A stretch of 64,000 nucleotides of DNA. Source: Microbotryum violaceum (Eukaryota). A program made the position numbers and the translations under genes. A model generated the notes under the pieces. The model saw only the letters and a program-made list of their open reading frames with translations, had not been told where the DNA came from and did not search any database. This document shows positions 28,601 to 42,008 of this stretch, one piece after another (within the stretch, counting starts at the first letter, position 1; each line of letters begins with the position of its first letter). The DNA is taken from assembly GCA_001244265.2 (NCBI GenBank), contig CDLV01000004.1, forward strand, positions 3,658,001 through 3,722,000. The letters run 5' to 3'.

Positions 28601-31600
28601 GAAAAATCACCAACCCGAGGCGGCGCCACACCGTTCAAACTCTGTTGCGCGGACTGCAAAGTTCGATTGCCCGGGATCGAAAAACCCCCGCCCGAGCTGC
28701 TCGAGCTCCTGACTGGCGATGGCCCAGGTTTGTACACGTCGATTCGTTCAACTTGCTAGAATGAGTACAGCGGACTAACGGCCTCGCTGACTATCCGTGA
28801 AACAGTTGAGAAGATCTTTCGGGACCGCATTCTTGCATTCAACGAAAGCTTTGCTATGGCATCATTCGGCACGAGCAAAGGTCATGGCATCATCAACGGC
28901 GCCGGACCGCCATCTTTCTACCTGAGCGGAACGGTTTTTCACCGTTTCGGCACGCTGGCACCGGGCCCAGCAGACGACCCCGTCTTTGCCCAGATTCTCT
29001 TCCTGGCTCCGACTGAACACATCGAAGCCCGACGAAGATTCAACGGACCGCCTGAAGAGGTTTGACGTCTGGACTCGGCGTATCAGCAGATCGTTCCTGT
29101 ACTCGGCGTATCAGCAGATCGTTCCTGTACTCGACGGCATGTTGCAAGTCCACAACAGACGCGTCAAACTGTTCCTAACGGCAAAAGAATTCATGAACAG
29201 TGAAACATCTCACATGTACAAGCTCCGCTTACTTGCACCGCGCAATCGAGACCCGAGAACGTACAACTTGCCGACGCAAGAGGAGGCGGTCGTCATACTA
29301 CCCGGAGACGACACCGAGTACCGATCTTCAAGAAGAGAGATCGTCGTGCGGTTATGTCACCCGCCAAACAATGACAGCCGCGGAATTCAGCTCATTCACG
29401 ATGGTCACCCTGCACTCATGGCACTGACATACCCGCTATTGTTACCGTATGGCAAAGACTGGTACCATGACAGAATCCCCCTCAGCCAAAACGCTATCGC
29501 AACAGAGGCAGCTCGGCGCGTGCGAGACGAAAACGGTGTATTGCAGCGCACAACAGATGACGCCAATGCCAACCCGCAAACCGGAACGGCCGGATCCAAA
29601 TGTGTGACACAGAGCCAATTCAATGTGTATTACTTCCATATTTGTCCTCACAATATCAGTTACCCAATGCTGTTCCTAGGAGGGCGGTTGTTCCAGAAAT
29701 TTGTTGCGGACACCTGGGCAATGACTGAACAAGAACGGCTATATTGGATGAGAGCGAATCAGAAGAAGCTCAGAGCCGAAGAGTATTCGCCCTTCAAGCA
29801 AGCCTGGCTGAAGGACTCGATCCCGCGCAGATCGGCAAAAGAGTCATTCTACTGTCCTCACACACCGGATCGCCACGCCAAATGGTCCAACTTTACCAAG
29901 ATGCTATGGCCATTGTTCGTGTTTTTGGTGCTCCGGACATATTCATCACAATGACATGCAACCCTGCCTGGTCGGAAATCGTCAACGCTTTGCTTCCTGG
30001 CCAAACCGCATCCGACCGTCCCGACATAGTAGCACGGGTCTTTCACGGTAAATTGAAAGCTCTTCTGGCGGATGTATTAGGTGTTGGTCGTGCGCCGGGA
30101 GTCCTTGGAAAGGTATGTCATTGACGCGGTGAATCCTTAAAACATAAATTGAATAAAATGCTCATGAGTCTCAATCTTTGCACAGGTCATTGCATATGTC
30201 TATGTTGTCAAATTTCAAAAGCGCGGGCTGCCTCACGCCCACATCCTTTTGATCATGGACCCAGAAGACAAACCAAAAACAAACGACGACTACGACAAGA
30301 TAGTCACCGCAGAAATACCGGACCGTAACAAATTTCCCGCATTGTTTGAGACCATCACAAACACCATGCTACACCGGCGATGTGATCGTCCCGGCAAGCA
30401 TACCTGCCACGACGACCATGGAAAATGTACCAAACGGTTTCCCAAACGACTCCAACCGCGGACGACCAGCGAAGACGGCGGCTATCCACACTACCGGTGT
30501 CGCGGCATACAACAATATGTCAAATTTGCGGGCACAGCGCAAAAAGAAGTTTATACGGATGCAAATGTTGTTCCAACAAATCCGTTCCTTGCGTCCAAGT
30601 ACAACTGTCATGTCAACGTGGAAATCGCAAGCGGCATTGCTGCAATCAAGTACCTGTACAAGTACGTTTACAAGGGCCACGACCGTACTTCATTCACGAT
30701 CGACGATCCCAAAGCTCAAGACAAAATCAACAACTTCCTTGACGCTCGATATGTTTGTGCCCCCGAAGCCATTCACCGGCTATTTCGATTCGGTATGCAT
30801 GATCGAGATCCCGCAGTGGCCAGGCTTGCGCTGCACCTCCCGAATGAGCAACAAGTTCGGTTCAACCCAGATCACGGAGCACCGGATTTATCAGCGCCAC
30901 CGGAAACGACGTTAACCGCCTTCATCAAATTGTGCGCCAAGACGCCGCCCGATCACAACGCACGAAATCTGCTTTACGTCGACGTGCCAACCCGTTTCAC
31001 ATGGACCAACGAAGATTGTACTTGGGTTCCACGAAAAGTTGACAACCGGACAATCGGAAGAATTTACTTTTGTGGTCCTGAAGGCGGAGAGCGATACTAC
31101 TTGCGGCTACTCCTTCTCAAGGTGCCTTCTCCGACATCGTTTGCGGATCTGAAGACTTTCAATGGTGTTGAGTTTCGAACATTCCGGGAAGCCTGTGTCG
31201 AACGGGGGCTCCTACACAACGACGCTGAAGCCGACAGATGTCTGACTGAGGCAGCGGTCTTCCGTACGGACCACGAGCAGCGACACCTGTTTGCCATGCT
31301 GTTAATGGCTGATGATGGAGTCACAAACGCGGCGCAGTTATGGACAAGGCACTATGACAACCTCACCCAAGACGTCGAATACCAGCTACGAAACCAAAGA
31401 CGGCAGCCGATCATCACACCCGAGCATGTAGCCAGCTGGGGGCTGCTACAGCTCAGCAATATTCTGCAACGACTCGACTCCTCATTGTCAGACCACGGCC
31501 TGCCGCTGCCAACGATTCAGTTCGATGACGAAGCTTCAACAAAACGTCTCATCATGGAGGAATCAGCCACAGCAGCAGAACTTCACAAATTGGAGGGTAT

Positions 31601-32052
31601 CTGGAGGAACAACTTCGAGTCATGCAACGCCGAACAATGCGTTGTTGTTGAGACAGTTCTTGACTCGATTCTGAACAGCCGCGGAAAAGTCTTTTTCATT
31701 GATGCTCCAGGAGGGACAGGCAAAACGTCCTTGGAGAAAACGATCCTTGCTCGGATTCGCTCAGAGGGAAAATACGCTCTTGCCGTTGCATCATCGGGTA
31801 TTGCTGCACTGCTACTGCCAAAAGGCAGAACGGCACATTCACGGTTCAAGATCCCGATCAACATCTTCGACGAATCTACGTGCAATATTCCAAAACAAGG
31901 ACAGCTTGCCGAGCTTTTTCGGATGTGCGACTTGATCGTCTGGGACGAGGCACCGATGCAGCATGTCGATGTTTCCAGCCGGTGGACAGGATGTTGCAAC
32001 ATGTGCGATCGTCAACGGCTCGGTTTGGTGGACTGACCGTTGTGTTGGCAGG
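25676..32052 (+). pseudogene. Helitron Rep/PIF1 helicase, broken and truncated after DEAPMQH
   Basis: CPICSALHW..CCADCKV zinc finger, PDIFITMTCNPAW, KFQKRGLPHAHIL (HUH), KYLYKYVYKG, APGGTGKT and WDEAPMQH. A 28-bp tandem duplication lies at 29073-29128. Confidence 0.92.
25797..27854. mobile_element. Non-autonomous TIR DNA transposon with 8-bp TSD
   Basis: ~30-bp TIR AGGACCCC(C)GAAAGCCCAGCCRGAGGCGCAT. Perfect GGCTGAGA duplication at 25789-25796 and 27855-27862. Subterminal GAGGCGCAT..GACATTTT repeats. Confidence 0.9.
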
Positions 32053-32226
32053 TGCGTGCCAATGTTTCAGCAGCAAAGCGCAGGGCAGCATGACTAACTG
32101 ACCCGTAGGACTGTCCCATCACAGGGGATCCGCGGCTTGACTTCGTACGGTGCAGAATCCGGGTCATGGGAACACTAGATGCGAGTCTTCACTGTCATTG
32201 CTACAGATGGACAACAGCAAGAATAC

Positions 32227-32505
<279 letters not shown>

Positions 32506-33311
32506 AATACTGATAGCTGCACGACGTCTCGGAGGTCTGAAGGCCAGCAACAACATTGTCAATGGGAAAGGCCTGAGCGAGAGCGTTCCGGTCCGGTCCC
32601 ACACAGTTCTTTGCCGAACCCTGCCTCTACCACATCAACATCGATGAATCATTCTACTTCCAGAGGATCTAGGGCGCATCAAGTGCGGAGACTCAGGGAA
32701 AGGCAGCAAATGATTCTGTCAATCAATCGCCTCCACCCCAGCCAATGCCCGACATCCACTCTGTCCTGGTGGGTGTCGTCGTCCAATGGTTCCACCGCCT
32801 GTGAACGCTGCGATCTCTCGAAGGTCTTAAGGTCAGCAAAGACGTTGTCAACGGGAAAGGCTCGAGCGAGAGCGTTCCAGTCCGGTCCCGCAGTTCTTCG
32901 CCGAACCCTGCGTCCACCGCATCAACATTGACGAACCAGTCTACTTTCAGAAGATCTAGGGCACACCGACGTCCAGCCGCCACACAGTCACCGATGGCGC
33001 TGGCACTGTGTCCACTGCCGGAGGATCAACTTCATCCAATGGATCCACCGGCTAACGCTGCAATCTCTTGGAGGTCTCAAGGTCAGCAAAGACGTCTTCA
33101 ACGGGAACGGCTTGAGCAAGAGCGTTTCGTGTAACAGAACTGCTGAATTTCAGTGTGAGGCGGAGCGCGCCGCCGAACCTACCGAACCTAGTATAATAAA
33201 ATAGGCCGTCGAGACAAAGAACGTTCTAGAACGAGACAAACCACGTGGCGTGACGTCATAGCCAGCTCTCGGTCCAGCGCGTCCCAGCTAGCTAGCGCTG
33301 TTTCAGAATGT

Positions 33312-35788
33312 GGGCCCGTACCCATGTCGGGGGGTGGGGGGGAAAAGGAAAAGAAAAAAAAGGGAAAAAAAGAGGGGAAAAAAAGAGGGGGGGAGGAAAA
33401 AAAAAAAAAAAAAAAAAAGGGAGAGGGAAAGAAAAAAAGGAAAAGGGGAAAGGAGAAGAGGGAGGGGAGGTGAAACAGGAGGAAGAGAGGAAGTGGTACG
33501 GAACAAGTCATTTTGAATATACATCATATTACAGGTATTATGAAGCATCAAAGTTGTGACATTTCTTTTGATGCCGAGCTCGGCCATTCATCTCAGCCCT
33601 TGTCAGTCCTCTACAGAACCTTCGTGATTGTGGGTCGTTCGGATCCATCTCGTCTGTCAGCCCGAAAGGCTTTCCGCAGTCCAAGCACGCCCCTTCACAC
33701 CCAGTCACCGATCCGTCATCTCTTAGTTTTGACCCCTTGAGTTGACAAGTAGTTTGACCACAGAATCGACAGTGCCTTGCCCCTTTTGTGGTACCCGCGC
33801 GCGTCAAAGCCCTGCTCGTGCCCAAGTCCGCGCTCGAACCAGCGTCGCTCGAGGCAGTTGCAACAACGGGGCGGATGGATGACGTTGGCGGATCTGAGGC
33901 ATCGACTTCTATCTCTGTAAGCCTCCCCAAGACTGGCGGTTTGTGACCAAGTAATGGCTTAGCCGCTAGCATGCTAACATCACGACCGCGGGAGGGGTCG
34001 GTAAGTAAAGCTTGAATCACTCTGACGTCGTTCCCACCCATGTTCATTGTGGCTTGAGCATTTGCCAGCGACGACCATCTCGATGCCCATGTTTTAATGT
34101 GCTCTGGCATCTGTGTGAGAATTGCGCTTCAGCTCAACATCACCATACAGTGTGACACAGACGCGACATACTTTGTAAAAGATGTCTACTCCGTTGGCAT
34201 ACTTGTTCCAAAGCTCGGTAATCTCCAAAATCCGAAGATTTTGAGGAGCTCCCAGTCGTATCTTGCTTGAGAGATATCTGTATAGCGCTCGTTCGCTGGG
34301 TGTATGGACATGTAATACAGCGAATCGAGTACCCTGACGTTCCGCTAGCCAGTCGTGGCGAAGCTTGCGATCGGTTAGCAGCCGGCTTTGCATATGCTGT
34401 ATCGCCGACGTATTGTTTTGCAGCAAGTTCCGTGGCGACCACTTGACGGGCTCCAAACGCAGAGTCCCGCGCTCGATGTGATAGGGCTCGATCAGAAAGC
34501 GCATTTGCGCTGTTGGCGACTGAACAGGTACGATGCCGAATGTTTCGGTGGATGGGGTGTAGAGCAGCGGGTTGACTATATCTGACACAGTGGCTGAGTG
34601 CCGTGGGAAAAATGCCGAGGCCTTGCGCCTTAGACGATGTAATCCCACAGTGAGCCAGAGGTCGTAGTGCCCCACGAATGGTTTTCCGGTACGATTGAAC
34701 GTCCCAACCTGCGAATACAAGGGATAGTGGGTGAGAAAGGTTGCCGCTTCTTCGAATCGCGATGGTGAAGTTGGACTGACCGTGAGATTGTGCACTAGCA
34801 CGTAGTCAGCCAAGCACGCATTGGCATGGCACGGAGAAACACCCGAATTCGGAAACCGTTGGCGAAGGTTCCGGTGGATGCCTCCTTCGAGACTGTTGGT
34901 GCCGCGCTGGCAGGAATATAAACGGACACCGTCATCCGCCTTTCCATCTGGCCCTCCGCAAGGCCCAAGGTCGGTGTACAGCTCGATGCCAACTGGATCC
35001 GAGACTTGGCCTTTCCGAATCGCCTCAAGACATCTCTTCGCTGCATCGTGCGCCGCTTTGTTGAAAAGTGGTTGCTTCGACTTCGCATCGATCAATGGTC
35101 CGAACTTCTCAAAGACCTCCCGGACCAAAGGCTCGAGAATGCTTGGCGGAGGGATCCATCGACGAACGCGTCTCCAAAGTTTCTTATTCCATACCGGCGA
35201 ACGGACGGCTTCTTCCCACGTCATTCCGAGTTTTGCTAGGCGAGCCTCCATCAGGAGTCGATCATCCGCATTCGGGATGAAAACCGCATCGGAGCACGCG
35301 CGAGCAAAGGCTTTGGCAGCGCCATGTTTTTTTGGACACATAGATCCGGTCAAAGAAATGCCAGAGATCGATTAGAATCCGCACAGCGGTCTCGTCTGAG
35401 GAAGGGACTAGTGAAAGGGGATGGTTCGATATAGGTACATCAGCTCCAGCCCCGGCGCCAGGACTGGCGCAAGTCCGTAGTAACTCACCTTTGCTTGTTG
35501 CAGCCTTGCCCCAGACAGCTTTGCCAGCTGCTTCGTTTTGGCATCCGTGTTATCGGCGCTTCGTTTCCGAAAGAAGCGTGACAGCAGTTGCATCGTAGGA
35601 TATGGCACGTTGCAGCATGAAGACAAGGGGATGGCCGCGTGCGGCGCGCCTGATTGCGCCAACTCAACTCAAGTGCGCTAACTCACGTGCGCCAACTCGG
35701 GCGCCCGACTGCGCCAACTCAATTGCGCCAACTCAATTTGGCGCGCGCGAGTTAGCGCAAGCGCACCCCCCAGCACCGGTACCGCCCC
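33312..35788 (-). mobile_element. Zisupton/KDZ-like DNA transposon, internally deleted, inserted in the Helitron 2 5' region
   Basis: GAATGT is duplicated at both flanks and the Helitron sequence rejoins across the insert. Short imperfect TIR (GGGCCCGTACC / GGGGCGGTACC), GCGCCAACTC subterminal repeats and a transposase fragment. Confidence 0.72.
33538..35353 (-). pseudogene. Zisupton-like transposase, C-terminal part, spliced
   Basis: RRVRRWIPPP, PLFN..A, GQVSDP.GIELY, LYSCQRGTNSLEGGIH (cf. Zisupton YRCARGS.SLE..H), HN..GTFNRTG..GHYD.W, and C-terminal RHCRFCGQTTC. Confidence 0.72.
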
Positions 35789-36193
35789 GAATGTTTGGCC
35801 AGCTACAGGTCGTTTCGTCTACGTTCGACGAGGTTCCATTTTCCATCAAAGCAGCCTGGCACGTGACCCTCCGCTTCCCAGAGCAGACTGAGATGACCTG
35901 TTGTGCGTGTCTACTACATCGTAGCGTAGTTCCTTCAATCATCCAGTTCCTGTCACTGCCGAAATCTATGCCAGACCTCGGGAAGTGTCGGCCAGTGCGC
36001 CAATTTCGCCGTTAGGGGCCCGCCAGCGTGTCACGGGGCTTCACTCCATCAAAGGCCTTCCACGACATTCTATGAGTCCGGTTTAGACCGGTTCTCGGCG
36101 CTCGCGATGGCTAGGAGCTAGAGGTGGTTTCGCCAACGTTCGCTGACGTTCGCCGGCGTTCCATAATCGGCGAAGTTACGTCAACGTTATCAA

Positions 36194-39100
36194 ATGAATC
36201 CACCGCCTCGGAGATCTGAAGCCCAGCAACGACGTCGTCAACGGGAAAGGCTCGAGCGAGAGCGTTCCGGTCCGGTCCCATCGACAAATCAGACCACTTC
36301 TATAAGATCTAGCGCACAACGATTGTGGCGACTCGGGGAAAGGCAGCAAAATGATTCTGTCGATGTATCACCTCCACCCCAGCCAACGCCCGACGTCCAT
36401 TCTGTCCCGCAGCGACGACCTCACAGTCCTGAACCTCCGGGAGCGCGTTCGGTTCGCGCACGGCAGCATCCATTCGCCACACAGTCACCCATGGCACTGC
36501 GTCCCCTGCCGGAGGATCAACTGCATCCAATGGATCCACCGCCTATGAACGCTGCGATCTCTCGGAGGTCTCAAGGTCAGCAAAGACGTCGTCAGCGGGA
36601 AAGGCTCGAGCGAGAGCGTTCCGTTCCGGTCCCGCACAGTTTTCCGCCCGACCCTGCCTTTGCCGAATCAGCATTGACGAATCAGTCCACCTCCAGGAGA
36701 TCTGGGCAATATGATTGCGTTGAACAATCACCTCCACCCGAGCCAACGCCCGACGTTCATTCTGACCCGCAGCGACGACCTCGCAGTCCTGAACCTCCAG
36801 GAGCGCGTTCGGTTCGCGCACGGCAACATCCACCCGCCACACAATCACCGATGGCACTGCGTCCACTGCCGGAAGGAGCCTACTCTCGACACGACTTAGG
36901 TCCAATGGATCTTCTGTGTCCGAAGTGTAGCGCCTTCCATTGGGACTTCGAACGCTTGGGAGGACGGCAAAATTCAGAATTCAGGTCATGTTGCGACGAC
37001 GGCAAGGTGGAGCTACCGAAGATCAGAAAACCTCCCAACACTTTGCTTGAACTTCTCACTGGCGATGGGCAAGGTATGTTAGACATCATTCCCTTATTTG
37101 TTGGTGCAGTACATCTGACGAAAACGCCTTGCACCGTGTGTACAGTGGAGAAGCTATTCCGTGAGCGAATCCTGGCCTTTAACGAGAACCTTGCAATGGC
37201 GTCATTTGGAACAAGCCAAGATTACGGAATGATCGGCGCTGGTGGACCGCCTTCTTTCTATCTCAGCGGGAATGTCTATCATAGAATGGGTACGCTAGCT
37301 CCAGCACAGGGTAGCAACCCTGTATTCGCGCAAATTCTCTTCGTGGCTCCTTCCGAACGGATCGACGCTCGAATTAGGTTCAACGGACCCTCATCGGACG
37401 ACGAACAGCAATTGGTCACCGCATACCGCCAGATTCTTCCCCGGTTGGACGAGATGATGCTACAGGAAAACAGGAGAGCGCAGCAGTTCCTCACGGCGCG
37501 AGAGTTCATCAATCATGAGGATGCACACGCATATCAGTTACGTCTTCTTGCACCACGAAATCGAGACCCCAGGAGGTACAATTTGACAACGCAAGACGAA
37601 GTCACCGTAATCCTACCGGGTGACGAGACGGAGCATCGTTCGTCTTATCGGGAAATCGTGGTGCGATTACGTTCGCCACCAGATGGGGACACGACCCATG
37701 GGCTTCAAATCCTTCCAGACAAACATCCAGCGGTAATGTCGCTGACATATCCGCTACTATTGCCGTTCGGAGAAGACTGGTATCAGGACAACATTTCTTT
37801 CAGTCAAAATGCAAGCACATCCTCGGCTGATCGGAGAACTCGGGACGCGGATGGCGTCTTGCAGCGTACGCATGGGTCTGGCTCGACGACCGCCGATAAT
37901 CCGCAGACCGGGAGAGGTGGATCGAAACACGTCACACCGCTTCAATTCAACGCCTATTACTTCCACATTCGGCCCGAAACCATGTCCTTCACTACACTAT
38001 TCCTTGGTGGTCGACTTTTCCAAAAGTTCGTCGCCGATGCGTGGGCTCTGACAGAGCAGGAACGGCTGCGATGGATCACGACGAACCAGAAAACCTTAAG
38101 AGCCGAGGAATATTCGTCCCTTCAAGCCAGCCTTGCGGAGGGCATCGATCCGTCGGAAATTGGGAAAAGAGTCATTTTACCGTCTTCGTACCCCAGCTTA
38201 CCTCGGAACATGGTGCAGCTATACCAAGACGCCATGGCGATCGTCCGTGCTTTCGGCGCACCGGATCTGTTTATCACGATGACCTGCAATCCCGCCTGGC
38301 CAATGATCATAAACGCGTTGTTGCCAGGCCAAACCGCTTCAAATCGTCCCGACATTGTCGCACGAGTTTTCCAAGGCAAGCTCACAGCTTGCCTTCATGA
38401 CATCTATGAAGACCATGGCAGACCCGGCGTCTTTGGCAGGGTGAGTTTTATCACAATGGTTTCAGGGTATTCTGTGTGCTAATGTGCAGCCCAAACATTG
38501 TCGATCATTCAGGTCGTTGTCCACGTCCACGTAATCGAGTTTCAGAAGAGGGCCTCCCACACGCCCACATCCTTTTGATCTTACATCCGGATGACAAATC
38601 GAAGACGAACGAAGACTTTGACCGAATTGTCACAGCGGAGATTCCGGATCGAGAAAAGTTTCCGACATTGTTTGAGACGATCACCAATTCCATGCTCCAT
38701 CGTCGATGCGACCTCCCCGGACAACACACCTGTCACGACAAGAATGGAAAATGGTCGAAGGGATTCCCGAAGCAATTTCAGGATCGCACTACCAGTGAAG
38801 ACGGGGGCTATCCGCATTACCGTCACCGCAATCTTCACCAGTTCATCAAGTTTCCGGGAACTGGACGGGAGGAGATCTATACCGATGCAAACGTTGTACC
38901 GACTAATCCGTGGCTGGCTTCGAAATACAATTGCCATATCAATGTGGAAATTGCGAACGGGGTTGCGGCGGTCAAGTATCTTTACAAATACGTTTACAAG
39001 GGTCATGACCGGACTTTATTTACCGTGGAAGCAGGCGCGCCGCGTAACGAAGTGAAAGACTTCCTCGATGCGCGATATGTCTGTGCTCCAGAAGCAATGC

Positions 39101-41547
39101 ACCGACTGTTTCAATACCAAATGCACGGTCACAAACCAGCTGTCACACGTCTCGCACTGCACCTGCCTAACGAGCAACAAGTCCGATTTGATCCTGAAGA
39201 CGGACCGCCAACTACGGCAGCTCCACCAGAGACGACTCTTACGGCATTCGTGAAGCTTTGCGCCACAGTTCCACCGGTACCCGAGGCACAAAACTTACTT
39301 TGTCTCGACGTGCCCAGGTCTTTTTGTTGGGATTTGAACAACCGAGCTTGGCAAGAACGGAAAAGAAACACACCCGCCATTGGCCGTATGTACTTCTGCG
39401 GTCCGGAAGCCGGTGAACGATATTACTTGCGGTTGCTTCTACTCAACGTCCCGTCGCCGACAACCTTCGCTCAATTGAGAACTTTCAACGGCACGGAATT
39501 TAAGACTTTCCGGGAAGCATGTGTCGAACGAGGATTACTGCGAGACAACACCGAGGCAAACCGTTGCCTCACGGAAGCGGCCGTCTTTCATTCCGGTCAC
39601 CAGCTTCGCCATCTATTTGCGATGTTGTTGACCGCTGATGGCGGTGTCTCGAATGCAGCGGAGTTATGGGAGACACCACAACAGTCTGTCGGACGATGCC
39701 GAGTACCATCTGCGGATGCGACGTGGACAGTCTTTCATCACTCCAGAACACATTTCTAGCTGGGCACTACTCCAACTGGACCAGATCCTCCAACGCTTAG
39801 GGACCAGTCTCTGTGATCACGGACTGCCTTTGCCGACAGCGACGTTCGAAAACGAGCTCGAGCTATCGCGACTAATGATGGAAGAGCGGTCAACACCGGA
39901 AGAAATTGAGCGAATGAACCGGGAGTGGATGAAAAATCTGGAGGCGTTCACGGTTGAGCAAAGGCACGCATTCGACACAATTTGCGATTCAGTATTCAAT
40001 GTCCGAGGCAAGACGTTCATCATCAACGCACCAGGTGGAACTGGCAAAACGTTCCTGGAGACTACAATTCTTTCACGGATTCGTTCCGAGAACAAATACG
40101 TTTTGGCTGTTGCTTCATCCGGCATTGCTGCGCTATTACTTCCGAAAGGCAGAACGGCACATTCGTGCTTCAAGATTCCGGTCGACATATTCGATGACTC
40201 GACCTGCAACGTTCACAAACAAGGACAGCTGGCGGAACTTTTTCGAGCGTGCGAGCTCATTGTATGGGATGGAGCGCCGATGCAGCACCGTCGTCACTTT
40301 GAGCTGGTGAACAAGATGCTGCAAGACGTCCGTACGTCTTCGGCAAGATTTGGTGGAATTACAGTTCTCCCGGCAGGTACATATCAATGACTACCATGGC
40401 ATATTAGACTTGGCTAATGAACTTGCGTATTTCAACTGCCTGCAGGTGACCCCAGACAATGCCTCGCTGTTGTACCCAAGGCTTCACCTACTCAGATCTT
40501 GGATGCCTGCATCATGAATGCGGATTTCTGGGGAGAAGTTCAAATACTCCATCTGTCAGTAAGTCCATTCATTCGATTCATTTGTGAAAAGTTTGACAAT
40601 GCGAGACTGAATTGCGACCTAGGGGCCTTTCTACTCAGACGAACATGCGTCTTCTCGCTGCTGTACACCGCATGACAGAAACGGAACTGGCCAAGTCACA
40701 GGAGTTTGCAGAATGGCTTCTGAAAGTTGGTGATGGCTCCGCCAACATTGATGGTGGAGATACCATCACTCTTCCTGACCACCTGTGCCTCCCAGTCGAC
40801 TCGAGACACAAGACCGGCTTGATCAACCACATATATCCTCTCTCTGCGGATGATCTCACCCTGATGTCAACCGAAAACAAAGCTGCTTATTTCCGGGATC
40901 GCGCAATTTTGGCCCCAAAGAATGCGGATGTCGATGAACTCAACAACATGATCATCGAACGTCTTCCCGGCGACGCTCAGACATTTTACAGCGCTGACTC
41001 CGTAGACAAGGAGGCCGGATCACTGTATCCGACGGAGTATCTCAACACTCTTAACATTCCCGGGATGCCACTCCATGCAGTTCGATTGAAGGTCGGCTGC
41101 ACGGCCATGCTGCTGCGCAATATGGACCCTGGCGCGGGGCTGTGTAATGGCACCCGGCTGTTGTTGACACGGTTGCAGTCCCGTGTACTGGAAACAATCA
41201 TCTTGACTGGCGATCATGCCGGACAAACCATTCTGCTGCCGCGGATCACGCTCAAGAATGCATCTTCAGCAGATCTTCCGCTCACCCTCTACCGAACACA
41301 GTTCCCCATCCGGCTGGCCATGGCGATGACAATCAACAAATCACAAGGACAGTCTTTGGGTCACGTTGGGGTGTGTCTGGAAAACCCTGTCTTCTCACAT
41401 GGACAGTTATACGTTGCACTGTCCCGAGCATCAAGCGTACATGGTGTTAAGGTTCTTCTGCCAACTACTACTGGCACTCAACAGCATGCTTCCCACAACG
41501 TCACTGACAACATTGTGTTCACAAGGATATTTGACTCGATGGCCTGA
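36194..41547 (+). pseudogene. Helitron Rep/PIF1 helicase, nearly intact (4 introns, ~2 frameshifts)
   Basis: N-terminal QQRRRQRERLERERS repeats, zinc finger, HUH (GLPHAHIL), Y2 (KYLYKYVYKG), GGTGKT, LCNGTRL, TINKSQGQS and [12 protein letters not shown]. Frameshifts near 38550 and 39670. Confidence 0.95.
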
Positions 41548-42008
41548 AATATCGAAGCTACGTCTAAGTATTTGTGTACCCCAAGCAAAAACTAAACAAA
41601 CCTTGACAACCTCTGTACGAGTCTTGGGAATTGAGCACGCCGAGCACAACAACCGGACCCGTAGCTGGCAGAGCCGGCAGAGGCTTCGACGAGGCTCGCC
41701 GATGCAGTGGCCCTTGGTGCCGCGCTTTGCACTTTCAACAGGCTTGATGTGCCACACGGTTAGAAAATTGGGTTGCCTAACAAATGATTTTTCGCAAACA
41801 CGGTAACATCATAAATCAACAGCACTTCATACGAGATATTCGCCGAGGTTACATGTTCTCCAGTCGACTTGTGCTTCTCACGCCGATATTCTTCTACGAT
41901 ATTCCATGCCTGCATAGGCGGTTCAAAAGGCGGTTTCTCTTCTCCTCGCGCTTTTGTCTTCCTACCATCACGTCGCCTCGAACCTTCACAGACCACCGTG
42001 CTTAGTCG

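Noticed and set aside
33188-33587. F/P-rich and K/G-rich ORFs
   Set aside because: They are translation artefacts of the purine tract.
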